Source: Euryarchaeota archaeon UBA124 (GTDB taxonomy: Archaea; Thermoplasmatota; Poseidoniia; Poseidoniales; Poseidoniaceae). From it: 57,386 nucleotides of DNA. The stretch is from assembly GCA_002502215.1 (NCBI GenBank), contig DAPT01000073.1, positions 9,555-66,940 on the forward strand, written 5' to 3'. The notes beneath the pieces are model-generated. The model had not been told where the DNA came from. It made no database searches and saw only the letters and a list, made by a program, of their open reading frames with translations. The position numbers were made by a program, and so were the translations under genes. Of the stretch, positions 42,005 through 50,452 are shown piece by piece; the stretch's first letter is position 1; every line of letters begins with the position of its first letter.

Positions 42005-43041
42005 CCTCCATCAACGGCTTCCTGCACGATAGCAAGATCAGATTCGACCATCATTTCGATGAGTTGCTCAAAGGTGGTTTTTGTTTCCCAACCAAGTTTT
42101 TCTTTCGCATAGGTTGGATCGCCGATTAGGAGGTCAACCTCTGCAGGACGGAAGAATTTGGGATTGGTTCGGACTCGAACAACGCCACTCTGATCGGTTG
42201 CAATCGTACCGACACCCTCGCCTGACCAAGTGAGTTCAAGGTCAATGTGCGAGAATGCAAGACTGATCATGTCTCGAATGCTGTGGGTTCGCCCTGTTGC
42301 TATAACATAGTCATCAGGTTCATTTTGTTGTAGCATTTTCCATTGCATCTCGACATAATCGCCGGCAAACCCCCAATCGCGTTTTGCATCGACGTTGCCG
42401 ATGTGAAGGCATTCATCGAAACCGTGCTTGATCCGTGCAGCCATCATGGTCACTTTCCGTGTTACGAATTCAAGACCACGGCGTGGGCTTTCGTGATTGA
42501 AGAGGATGCCTGTGCAGGCATACATGTTGTAGGACTCACGGTAATTGCGAGTAATTTCGAATGCCATGACTTTCGCACAGCCATATGGAGATCGAGGGTG
42601 AAATGGAGTTGTTTCGGACTGCGGGACTTCTCGAACCTTACCGTATTGTTCGCTTGAACCAGCTTGATAGAACCGACAATCAGGAGCATGCTTGCGTACC
42701 GCTTCGAGGCAACGCAGTGCTCCCAACCCGGTAATGTCCGCCGTCATCATTGGAGAGCGCCACGATTCGGGAACAAATGACATTGCACCAAGGTTGTAGA
42801 ACTCATCAGGTTTTACTTGATGAACAGCGTTGTCGATCGAGTTTTGGTCTGCTAGGTCTCCGTTGAGAACATGAAATCGATCGTTGCTCATCAAGTGATT
42901 AATGAGATTCCTCCCAAGACTCGGCTGGGATACTCTACGCACCAATCCATAAACGGTGTAACCCTTGTCTAAAAGCAACTCAGCGAGGTAGGAACCGTCC
43001 TGCCCGGTGATGCCGGTGATAAGTGCAGTCTTCCCGCTCAT
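41977..43041 (-). CDS. gmd: GDP-mannose 4,6-dehydratase
   Basis: Motifs MSGKTALITGITGQDGSYLAELLLDKGY, SSEQYG, SPYGCAK and LFNHESPRRG. I trimmed the start to ATG 43041. The listed upstream 88 codons are the antisense shadow of the ABC ATPase gene. Confidence 0.95.
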   Translation of the reverse strand: MSGKTALITGITGQDGSYLAELLLDKGYTVYGLVRRVSQPSLGRNLINHLMSNDRFHVLNGDLADQNSIDNAVHQVKPDEFYNLGAMSFVPESWRSPMMTADITGLGALRCLEAVRKHAPDCRFYQAGSSEQYGKVREVPQSETTPFHPRSPYGCAKVMAFEITRNYRESYNMYACTGILFNHESPRRGLEFVTRKVTMMAARIKHGFDECLHIGNVDAKRDWGFAGDYVEMQWKMLQQNEPDDYVIATGRTHSIRDMISLAFSHIDLELTWSGEGVGTIATDQSGVVRVRTNPKFFRPAEVDLLIGDPTYAKEKLGWETKTTFEQLIEMMVESDLAIVQEAVDGGYAPPTPPE

Positions 43042-43165
43042 GCGATTTCCTGATGCTTCCCTTTTTTCAAAGCGTCGCAATAAAATGTAGAGTCTATCGA
43101 TACAAACCATTGTAAAGAAATAACCTCGGGCTCTAATCGTATGCTGAATAATCGGAGTTTTTCCA

Positions 43166-43873
43166 ATGCTTGAAGTCAACGGTCTGACCAAGAGTTTCGG
43201 TTCACTCAACGTCTTGAAAGGCGTCAACATGCAAGTTGAGAAAGGGGAAATGGTTGCGCTCATGGGGCCTTCTGGTTCTGGAAAGTCAACGCTTCTCAAC
43301 ATCATTGGGGGTCTCCTCGCAGGCGATACTGGTGAAATAAATCTCGACGACCGAATTTACGGAACTCGTGGTCCAGCAACTGTCGTCGACGTTCGGCGAA
43401 CCAAAATCGGATGGATTTTCCAAGACTTTCACTTGCTTGACAATCTCTCTGCACTTGACAACGTTGCGATTGCGCTCGAGTTATCCGGTGTTTCTTCAGA
43501 AGAAGCAGTAACTGCAGCAGAGGTCGCATTGCAGAAGGTGGGTCTTGGTGACCGCCTCAATTTCATTCCTGACCAACTCTCAGGCGGGCAACAACAACGG
43601 GTGGCGATTGCACGAGCAATAGCAGGCAATCGTCCTGTCTTACTCGCGGATGAACCGACCGGAAACCTTGACATTTCAAGTGGGAAAGAGGTAATGAAAC
43701 TGTTCAAAGAATTGTGTCATGACGAGAAAAATCCAATTTCTATCCTTATGGTAACGCATGACCCAGATTTGGCATCGACTGCAGATCGTATGCTCTTGCT
43801 CAACGATGGGAAAACCGAAGCTTCCGACATTCGCTCGGCTTGGGGACTTGACAGCGAGGGTGAAGAAGAATGA
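43166..43873 (+). CDS. ABC transporter ATP-binding protein (MacB/LolD/FtsE-like)
   Basis: Walker [11 protein letters not shown]-loop, signature [14 protein letters not shown], Walker [13 protein letters not shown] and H-loop MVTHD. Confidence 0.95.
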   Translation: MLEVNGLTKSFGSLNVLKGVNMQVEKGEMVALMGPSGSGKSTLLNIIGGLLAGDTGEINLDDRIYGTRGPATVVDVRRTKIGWIFQDFHLLDNLSALDNVAIALELSGVSSEEAVTAAEVALQKVGLGDRLNFIPDQLSGGQQQRVAIARAIAGNRPVLLADEPTGNLDISSGKEVMKLFKELCHDEKNPISILMVTHDPDLASTADRMLLLNDGKTEASDIRSAWGLDSEGEEE

Positions 43874-46800
43874 GCGATAATCCTCCAGAATTGAAAGAAA
43901 ACGACTTTGCCAAAGGGCGCTCTCGGCTTCGTCGATATCAACATACATTGGTCGAATTACCGAGTCGTTTACGCCTTGCCGCACAGAGCGCCTGGCGAGG
44001 CAAAGAACGAGGAATGGCTGTCATTGCAGGTGTCTTTCTCGCATCCTTGGTTATCACGACTGTTCTTGCTTATGGCGTTGGACTCTCCCAATTGTTCTTT
44101 GAAGAATCTCTTGATTCTGAACCGTTCGATGCAAAAATAGAGTTTGCCCGCACACCGGTTGAGAACGCTTCAGGTTGGTCAAACAACACGACGACGATGA
44201 CGGAGGTTTGCGATGAATTGATGAATGAATTTTCCGAATTCAATGATTGTACGCTCGTTCTCGGTCGTCAGGGAATCCACAGTGGAGGCTTCTTCAACAT
44301 CGATTTCGTTGTCGCCCAACCACTTGAAATGCGATCAATATCGGACAATGAAAACCCATTGTGGGACCCAATGGACTTTGATTACCCTGAAACGCTCGAT
44401 GCGGGCCCTCCTATTTCTGACAAACGTGCAATCCGATTCCTTGGACCTGAAGCCTTCGATGGTGAATTGGCCGATAGGCTCGGTGAGAACATTATTGCAG
44501 GGCTTGGAGAATGGCCTACACCCGAAAACATGAGTTTGAACCGTGGAATTATTCTCCCCTCTACGATTGCAAGCGAAGCTCAAGCAAAGGTAGGAGACGT
44601 ACTTGAGGAACTAACCTTTGCGTACGTTGTCGATGAATCCACACTGTTTGAAGCGAGCGTAACAGAGGAAAACTGTGCTGGCGAAATCACGCCAGAAAAC
44701 AACGAAATGATGTATTGTCGAATGTCGATGACGGTTGAGAATCTCACCGTTTTGGGAATCTATGAGCCTTGGGATTTTGGCAATCCAACACTTCCATTCA
44801 ATCCAATTTTTACCACATGGGAAACCCTTGAAGAATCACAGCGTGAGACGTTGATTAACTACGATCACATGTACCTCGGCGTCACAATCGATCGTGGACA
44901 ACTACCCACGACCTCAACAGCAGATGCTGCTGAATGGCTTGAAAATCTTGGGACTGAAGTGCAAGATGGCAACTACACGGATGAAGGCGTTGAGCTGTAC
45001 TACACCGACATCGTTTCTGGAACAATTACCTTCCTCAACATCTTCCTTGGTTTAATTCAAATCTTTGACTACATCATTATGATTCCAATCGTGTTCTTGT
45101 CGATTGCTGTGTTGATTTACGGACTGGTTTTATCGCTTGAACAACGACGCAGAGAGGTGAGCATTCATCGCGTCATTGGGGCGGATGGACAGAGTCTGCA
45201 AGGCATGGTCCTGCTCGAATTGTTTGTCATGTCATCCGTCGCCTGGCTCATTGGATATCTCTTGGCTCTCATGGCGGTACCAATCGTTCTCTCAGCAGTA
45301 GGATTCATGGAATTCAGAACAGGTGATTTCGATGTGAATCCCACACTTGGTTTTGGTTCAACACTGTTCACAGCAATTACGACATTAGGGCTCGCAATGA
45401 TCTTTGGACGCAGTAGAGCACGCGATTTCCTTGAACTTGAAATCGAGGAGGGGGTTCGCAAAACCACGGTCAAAGCAGAACCAAAACGATGGCTCCATTG
45501 GACGGCGTTCCTGTTTGGTATGCTCGCTGTGATTGATACATGGCTTGAGATGAACGGTAGCGAAGATGGAATCGTTTCCAACTTCTTCATCGAGGGATTG
45601 ATTGGTATCATCGGTCCGTTTGCTCTTTGGATTGGGGGAGCATTGCTTCTTGGAAGAATCGGTGCAAAAGGTCCGCAAATCATGCAACTCATCTTTGGAC
45701 GATCACCTATCCTCAAGGACGTGAAGAGAGGACTCAAAGGGTCTGGGTCTGCAGAGTCGGTGAACCGGCTTGCTGTCATTATGTTGCTTACACTCTCCAT
45801 CGTTACACTTGCAGCAGTGCAAGGTTATACCGGGACGCTTGTTGATGAAAAGACCGCTGATGCGACCGTTGGTTCAGATTTACAAATTTCTACGGAACAA
45901 GACATCAATTCGACCGCCCTTCTTTCGCTCGTGAATGAATTTGCCGACGCAGATGTCACCTCTGTTGCAACGAGTGTGCCTGAAATTACACTTGCTGACG
46001 AGCAGGGAGGCGATAGTTTGCAAACGTTCGTACTGTTTGACGGGAATGAAGACGTCTTACGTTGGAGTGAACAATCAATACCAGGAACGAGCATCAGCTC
46101 TGCGATGGATGGATATTCAAACAATGGTTTCACTGCTGGGCAAGATTCTGCATATTCGCTCGACTTGCCGGGTTCTGACCGCGGTGGCGAGGAGAATCGA
46201 CTCGACGATGTTTTGCTCCAACCCGGTGATGAGAAGTCTCGTGAAATTACATTCGTATGGGAAAAGATCGAATTTAACTTCACTTCAGGTGGTTCTGAAG
46301 AATCAGACCCACTGATGCTGTTTGAAGCTTACACCCTGCTTATGGATGCAGATTGGAGTGGACTCAACCTCTCCAATCAAGACTTGAATGAGAGGGATTT
46401 AGGACGTGTTGATTTGTCGAACACCAACCTTGCGGGAGCAGACCTCTCAAACCTCAACATGAGCGAATCCGTCCTTCTCGACGTGAACCTGAGCGATGCG
46501 GATTTGACCGGTGCAAACCTCGAGAACGCAATTCTTGTCAATTTCATGGGCGGTTCATTCCAGGATGCCGACTTTACGAATGCAAACCTCGCCGGAGCAT
46601 TTGGTTTGTTTGATCTATCATCCTCCATCCTGTCCAATACAACATGTCCTGATGGAACCAACAGCGATGACACCGCTTGTGCGAGTGGTGCAAGCCAACT
46701 ACCTCCACCATTAGCAGAAGATCTCTTCTTTGCAGATACCCGTGTTCAGGTTATTGTTACGCCTTACACGAACACGATGTACTACATGGGAACACACGAA

Positions 46801-47490
46801 TACATTCCAGGAGTTGGTGCAGCAACAATTGGATCTGCACTGGTCATCGGCGAAGATTCATGGCGTAATCTCGTAGGAGATTCTGCAGCTGATGAGTTTC
46901 GCTCAAAGACTTGGATTGTGCGCGTAGACGGACTTTCAGGCGATGAATTAGAATCGCTTGCTTCACAAATCAAAGCAGATTCGCGTGTATCTGGAGTACT
47001 TGATTGGTCGAGTACACACAAGGACGTTGAGCGAAACGGTGGTTTAATTTTCGGAACACCCGGTCTGCTCTCACTGCAGTTTGTTGTTGCAAGTGTTGCA
47101 GCAGTCGCCTCAAGTTTCGTTTTCCTTTCCCTCGTTCTCAGTCAACGTCAAAAAGAACTGGCAGTCCTGCAAGCGATTGGTGCTTCTCCAAACCAAATTA
47201 TCCGATTGGTCCTGTTCGAGATTCTTTCGATTGTTGTTGTTTCCATGGCACTCGGTATCGTTCTTGGTGTCGGACTCGCATTGTCCTTTAACGGATTCTT
47301 TGACATCTTCGGATTCATCTTCCAAATCTTTGGAGGATCATCGACGACCATACAACGGACGCTTGTCTATCCTTGGTCACAGATTATTTTCGTGTCTTTG
47401 GCAGTCTTTGCCGCAGTTGTTGTAGCATTGCTTGTGACAACACGACGAGCGTTAACAGCGGATTTGGCCAGTGTGCTGAAGGGGGAGTGA
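43870..47490 (+). CDS. Giant (1,206 aa) double FtsX/MacB-type ABC permease with large extracytoplasmic regions and an internal pentapeptide-repeat segment
   Basis: ATGA overlap with the ATPase gene. There are two FtsX-type modules: LSLEQRRREVSIHRVIGADGQSLQGMVLLELFVMSSVAWLIGYLLAL and LVLSQRQKELAVLQAIGASPNQIIRLVLFEILSIVVVSMALGIVLGVGLAL. Pentapeptide repeats lie at about 46354-46640. Confidence 0.9.
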   Translation: MSDNPPELKENDFAKGRSRLRRYQHTLVELPSRLRLAAQSAWRGKERGMAVIAGVFLASLVITTVLAYGVGLSQLFFEESLDSEPFDAKIEFARTPVENASGWSNNTTTMTEVCDELMNEFSEFNDCTLVLGRQGIHSGGFFNIDFVVAQPLEMRSISDNENPLWDPMDFDYPETLDAGPPISDKRAIRFLGPEAFDGELADRLGENIIAGLGEWPTPENMSLNRGIILPSTIASEAQAKVGDVLEELTFAYVVDESTLFEASVTEENCAGEITPENNEMMYCRMSMTVENLTVLGIYEPWDFGNPTLPFNPIFTTWETLEESQRETLINYDHMYLGVTIDRGQLPTTSTADAAEWLENLGTEVQDGNYTDEGVELYYTDIVSGTITFLNIFLGLIQIFDYIIMIPIVFLSIAVLIYGLVLSLEQRRREVSIHRVIGADGQSLQGMVLLELFVMSSVAWLIGYLLALMAVPIVLSAVGFMEFRTGDFDVNPTLGFGSTLFTAITTLGLAMIFGRSRARDFLELEIEEGVRKTTVKAEPKRWLHWTAFLFGMLAVIDTWLEMNGSEDGIVSNFFIEGLIGIIGPFALWIGGALLLGRIGAKGPQIMQLIFGRSPILKDVKRGLKGSGSAESVNRLAVIMLLTLSIVTLAAVQGYTGTLVDEKTADATVGSDLQISTEQDINSTALLSLVNEFADADVTSVATSVPEITLADEQGGDSLQTFVLFDGNEDVLRWSEQSIPGTSISSAMDGYSNNGFTAGQDSAYSLDLPGSDRGGEENRLDDVLLQPGDEKSREITFVWEKIEFNFTSGGSEESDPLMLFEAYTLLMDADWSGLNLSNQDLNERDLGRVDLSNTNLAGADLSNLNMSESVLLDVNLSDADLTGANLENAILVNFMGGSFQDADFTNANLAGAFGLFDLSSSILSNTTCPDGTNSDDTACASGASQLPPPLAEDLFFADTRVQVIVTPYTNTMYYMGTHEYIPGVGAATIGSALVIGEDSWRNLVGDSAADEFRSKTWIVRVDGLSGDELESLASQIKADSRVSGVLDWSSTHKDVERNGGLIFGTPGLLSLQFVVASVAAVASSFVFLSLVLSQRQKELAVLQAIGASPNQIIRLVLFEILSIVVVSMALGIVLGVGLALSFNGFFDIFGFIFQIFGGSSTTIQRTLVYPWSQIIFVSLAVFAAVVVALLVTTRRALTADLASVLKGE

Positions 47491-47492
47491 AG

Positions 47493-48473
47493 ATGAGCGA
47501 AACCATTCTGGAATCTGAGGGGTTGTATCATGTGTATGAATCGAAGGCTGAGGACGGAAACGTTGTCGCGCTCAGAGGTTTGCATATCAACATGAAAGCC
47601 GGTGAAGCAATCGCCGTTGTTGGTCCATCTGGATCAGGTAAATCGACGCTCATGAAGTGTCTCGGAGGGCTCATGAAACCAAGTGCGGGGTCTGTTAGTC
47701 TCGCTGGCAAAAACATGACCCGTTTGAAAGGACAGGAATTGGTAGAACTTCGACAGAAGACCGTTTCTTTCATCTTCCAGGAAGGAAACCTCCTTCCTGA
47801 TTTGAATGCTCGAGACAATGTTGCACAACCACTCCGACATCAAGGTGTTTCTTCCAAGAAAGCACTCGCCAAAGCCGATGCAATGCTTGAGCGACTGGGT
47901 ATGGGTCATCGAATTCGAGCACTTCCATCGATGCTGAGCGGTGGAGAACAACAACGCGTAGCGATTGCTCGTGCGCTCATCACCCGCCCACGATTGATTC
48001 TTGCAGATGAGCCAACAGGGGCTTTGGATCCTGTGACAAGCCGTGAAGTCCTTGCACTGTTCAAAGACCTGCATGAGAACGACGGTGTGTCTTTCTTGAT
48101 TGTCACACACTCAAAGGAAGTTGCTTCCTTTGCCAATCGATCCCTCGAGTTGAGGGACGGTCGTTTTGTTGCAGAGCATGGAGAATCCATCGATGTTGAA
48201 GATCTGAGCAAGGATCGAGAACTCATCATCGATGAAACTGGAACAGTAACGTTTCCTCCCGATCTCTTGGTTAGGCTTGGTGGAGCAGGGCGATACACTG
48301 TCGGGAACGTTGCCAGCGGATACTTGTCCCTTCAAGGCGACGCAGTTGAGTCCATGGGCAAGATGGAACTCGCTTCGGTATGTCCCGCCTGCAAGTACGA
48401 TTACGGTGACAGCGACGACCAAGAATGCCCCTCGTGCGGTTCAAGTAGACCGATGGTTGAGGTTAATTTGTGA
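47493..48473 (+). CDS. Second ABC ATP-binding protein with ~100-aa C-terminal extension ending in a zinc ribbon
   Basis: ATG 47493 lies 2 nt after the permease stop and is preceded by GGGGGAG. Motifs [35 protein letters not shown] and VTHS. The extension ends in CPACKYDYGDSDDQECPSCG. Confidence 0.9.
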   Translation: MSETILESEGLYHVYESKAEDGNVVALRGLHINMKAGEAIAVVGPSGSGKSTLMKCLGGLMKPSAGSVSLAGKNMTRLKGQELVELRQKTVSFIFQEGNLLPDLNARDNVAQPLRHQGVSSKKALAKADAMLERLGMGHRIRALPSMLSGGEQQRVAIARALITRPRLILADEPTGALDPVTSREVLALFKDLHENDGVSFLIVTHSKEVASFANRSLELRDGRFVAEHGESIDVEDLSKDRELIIDETGTVTFPPDLLVRLGGAGRYTVGNVASGYLSLQGDAVESMGKMELASVCPACKYDYGDSDDQECPSCGSSRPMVEVNL

Positions 48474-48766
48474 AGCGTTGGGTGACCTTGGTTGGGTATC
48501 TGGAGGGCTTCTCCTTCCTCATCTTGATGTTCTATGCGATGCCATTGAAGTACATCGCAGGAGAGCCCGAAATGGTCTCACTGTTTGGCTCCATCCACGG
48601 CGGTCTGTTCGTTGCTTACATCGGCCTTTTGCTGGCGGGCGTGGGCAAGCACTGGACGAGGACGGCGCTGATTCACGGCTTCATCGCTGCCGTCGTCCCG
48701 GCCGGGCCGTTTTTGTTCGAGGGCATGCTCTCGAGTGACGAGTATGATTTAAGAAACAACGAGTAG
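48470..48766 (+). CDS. DUF3817-like small integral membrane protein
   Basis: The GTG start overlaps the ATPase stop (GTGA). Sequence GYLEGFSFLILMFYAMPLKYIAGEPEMVSLFGSIHGGLFVAYI resembles the DUF3817/YdzA family, recalled from memory. Three TM helices. Confidence 0.7.
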   Translation: MKRWVTLVGYLEGFSFLILMFYAMPLKYIAGEPEMVSLFGSIHGGLFVAYIGLLLAGVGKHWTRTALIHGFIAAVVPAGPFLFEGMLSSDEYDLRNNE

Positions 48767-48829
48767 AATTGTATTGTTGTAGTATAAGATTATATCCTTG
48801 AACGATGGTGGCAATCTAAGTGATACATC

Positions 48830-49270
48830 ATGGATGCAAAGACAATATTAAACCCTAAAGGCTGGCTTATTGGCGTTGGAATCGTCAACATTTTGTTCAG
48901 CATAATAAATTTCCTGATGGCAGGCGATACCGCCACCACAGCACTTGAAGCGGAATACGGCGCACTATCTGACCGGGAATTGTCCATAGCGACGGGCTAT
49001 GAAGAAGGCTGGGGCCTCTTTGGCATTCCTTACGGCATCCTAGCCATCGCTTCTGGCCTTCTCCTCTCTGGCTCCGATCGAGCAAAGATGGCCCTGACCG
49101 CTGGTTTGGCATTCATCGTGACTTTCCTCGCGTTGGTGACCATTTCGAACGGCAACGGCTACGAAGTTCCTATTCCGCAGGCCGCACCGCTCTTCGTGCT
49201 GTTGTTGGCGCTCACAGCCTCGGGTTACCTCCACATGAACGATGACGAAGCACCTGCTACGGAGGCCTGA
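48830..49270 (+). CDS. Small 4-TM membrane protein, paralog 1 of a tandem family (146 aa)
   Basis: The N-terminal motif ILNPKGWL and the C-terminal YLHMNDDEAPATEA* are shared with the next ORFs. Confidence 0.65.
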   Translation: MDAKTILNPKGWLIGVGIVNILFSIINFLMAGDTATTALEAEYGALSDRELSIATGYEEGWGLFGIPYGILAIASGLLLSGSDRAKMALTAGLAFIVTFLALVTISNGNGYEVPIPQAAPLFVLLLALTASGYLHMNDDEAPATEA

Positions 49271-49272
49271 AG

Positions 49273-49665
49273 ATGGACCAACTCAAGAAAATCTGCAATG
49301 TGAAGATCTGGCTGATTATTCTCGCCATCATCCACACCGTGGTCGGCGTGCTTGCGCCACTTGACCCTCATTCTGACACACAGCTGGAGATAACCGGAGT
49401 ATTCTTGGCCATCTCTGTTTACCTTCTTTACACCGCCTTTGGTACCTCGGGCCAGGAGCAGGCCAGATGGGCTACCGTGTTGTGCGGGCCAATCTGGGTT
49501 TGGTTCGTAGTTTGTGGTGCTCTTGAACTGGAGGGCGTTGGCAACAACAGTTGGTCACTGTCCACTGAGTTGATTCCTCCCCTCGTTGTTTGGGGTATGA
49601 CGGCGCTCAGCGGTATCCTTCATTGGAACATGGACGAAGAAGCCGCACCTGCTGCTGAGGCTTGA
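49273..49665 (+). CDS. Small 4-TM membrane protein, paralog 2 (130 aa)
   Basis: MDQLKKICNVKIWL..., CGPIWVWFVV, LIPPLVVWGMTALSGILHWN and tail EEAAPAAEA*. The ATG lies 2 nt after the paralog 1 stop. Confidence 0.7.
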   Translation: MDQLKKICNVKIWLIILAIIHTVVGVLAPLDPHSDTQLEITGVFLAISVYLLYTAFGTSGQEQARWATVLCGPIWVWFVVCGALELEGVGNNSWSLSTELIPPLVVWGMTALSGILHWNMDEEAAPAAEA

Positions 49666-49667
49666 AC

Positions 49668-50048
49668 ATGGATCAATTGAAGAAAATCCTCAACCCCAAA
49701 ATTTGGCTTCTCGTTGTGGCTGGCGGACATACGTTAGCGACCATTCTACCCGTGCTGAGCGATCAAGGGCTCAACTTGGATGAAACAGAAGTCGAATACG
49801 CTGTTTGGCGTGTTGTATCAATGATCATTCCGATGGTGTTTATTGCGCTTACGTTCACGAAGGAGATTCAAGCAAAACTGGCAACGGCGATTGCTGGACC
49901 TGTTTGGGTCATGTTCGTGGTTTGGACCGTCATGGACGGATTTCAAACATTGTTCATTCCACCGTTGGTTCTGTGGGGTCTTCTCGCATTGAGTGGCGTG
50001 CTGCATGGTAACTGGCAGACGAATGAAGCCGCACCTGCGGAGGCTTGA
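49668..50048 (+). CDS. Small 4-TM membrane protein, paralog 3 (126 aa)
   Basis: MDQLKKILNPKIWL..., AGPVWVMFVV, FIPPLVLWGLLALSGVLHGN and tail NEAAPAEA*. The ATG lies 2 nt after the paralog 2 stop. The listed TTG 49662 is less likely. Confidence 0.7.
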   Translation: MDQLKKILNPKIWLLVVAGGHTLATILPVLSDQGLNLDETEVEYAVWRVVSMIIPMVFIALTFTKEIQAKLATAIAGPVWVMFVVWTVMDGFQTLFIPPLVLWGLLALSGVLHGNWQTNEAAPAEA

Positions 50049-50050
50049 CC

Positions 50051-50409
50051 ATGGACTTTCTCCGGGACATGCGCACGGCCGCCATCGCAAACGGCATCAT
50101 CGTCGCCTTTCATGTGTACGTCGCCTTGGCTTTGGAGGGCCTGTGGTTCCTCGTTCCGGTCGCCATCATTGGCGCGCTCGTCTTCGGGGCATATTCGACC
50201 AGAGGGCGATTGGGAGCAGGCCTCCTGGCCGTTCCTCAGGCCGCTACCTCCTGTTGGTGCCAGAGTTGATCGCCGCCCTCTCGAGTGAAAACACACCCGG
50301 GACCATGGAGTACCTTCTGATCCCATTTTGGTTCCTGACCATGATCGTGAACTTCTTTGTCATCCACGCAGAGTGGACCAGTGCACCACACCCGTCTTCA
50401 GAGGCGTGA
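50051..50409 (+). pseudogene. Paralog 4 of the tandem family, apparently frameshifted
   Basis: The N-terminal half (MDFLRDMRTAAIANGIIVAFHVYVALALEGLWFLVPVAIIGALVFGAY...) is in the frame of ATG 50051 and stops at 50269. The family-like C-terminal half (YLLLVPELIAALSS...EYLLIPFWFLTMIVNFFVIHAEWTSAPHPSSEA*) is in the -1 frame and ends at 50409. Confidence 0.45.
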
Positions 50410-50452
50410 TGGATGAACCGCACGGTGTTGGCGGTGGCGTTTCGCGTCTGTG

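Noticed and set aside
43042-43305. N-terminal 88 codons of the listed 442-aa ORF (41977-43305), which would extend gmd.
   Set aside because: This part translates as ...[12 protein letters not shown]..., the typical antisense shadow of the ABC ATPase gene on the plus strand. The canonical Gmd N-terminus MSGKTALITGITGQDG starts at ATG 43041.
48470-50409. Possible GC-rich horizontally acquired island covering DUF3817 and the tandem paralogs.
   Set aside because: Spot counts of 60-nt lines gave about 60-62% GC in parts of the DUF3817 gene and paralog 4, but about 47-50% in paralogs 2 and 3, against about 50% in the neighbouring permease. The signal is patchy, and I cannot compute a proper window profile, so I make no HGT claim.
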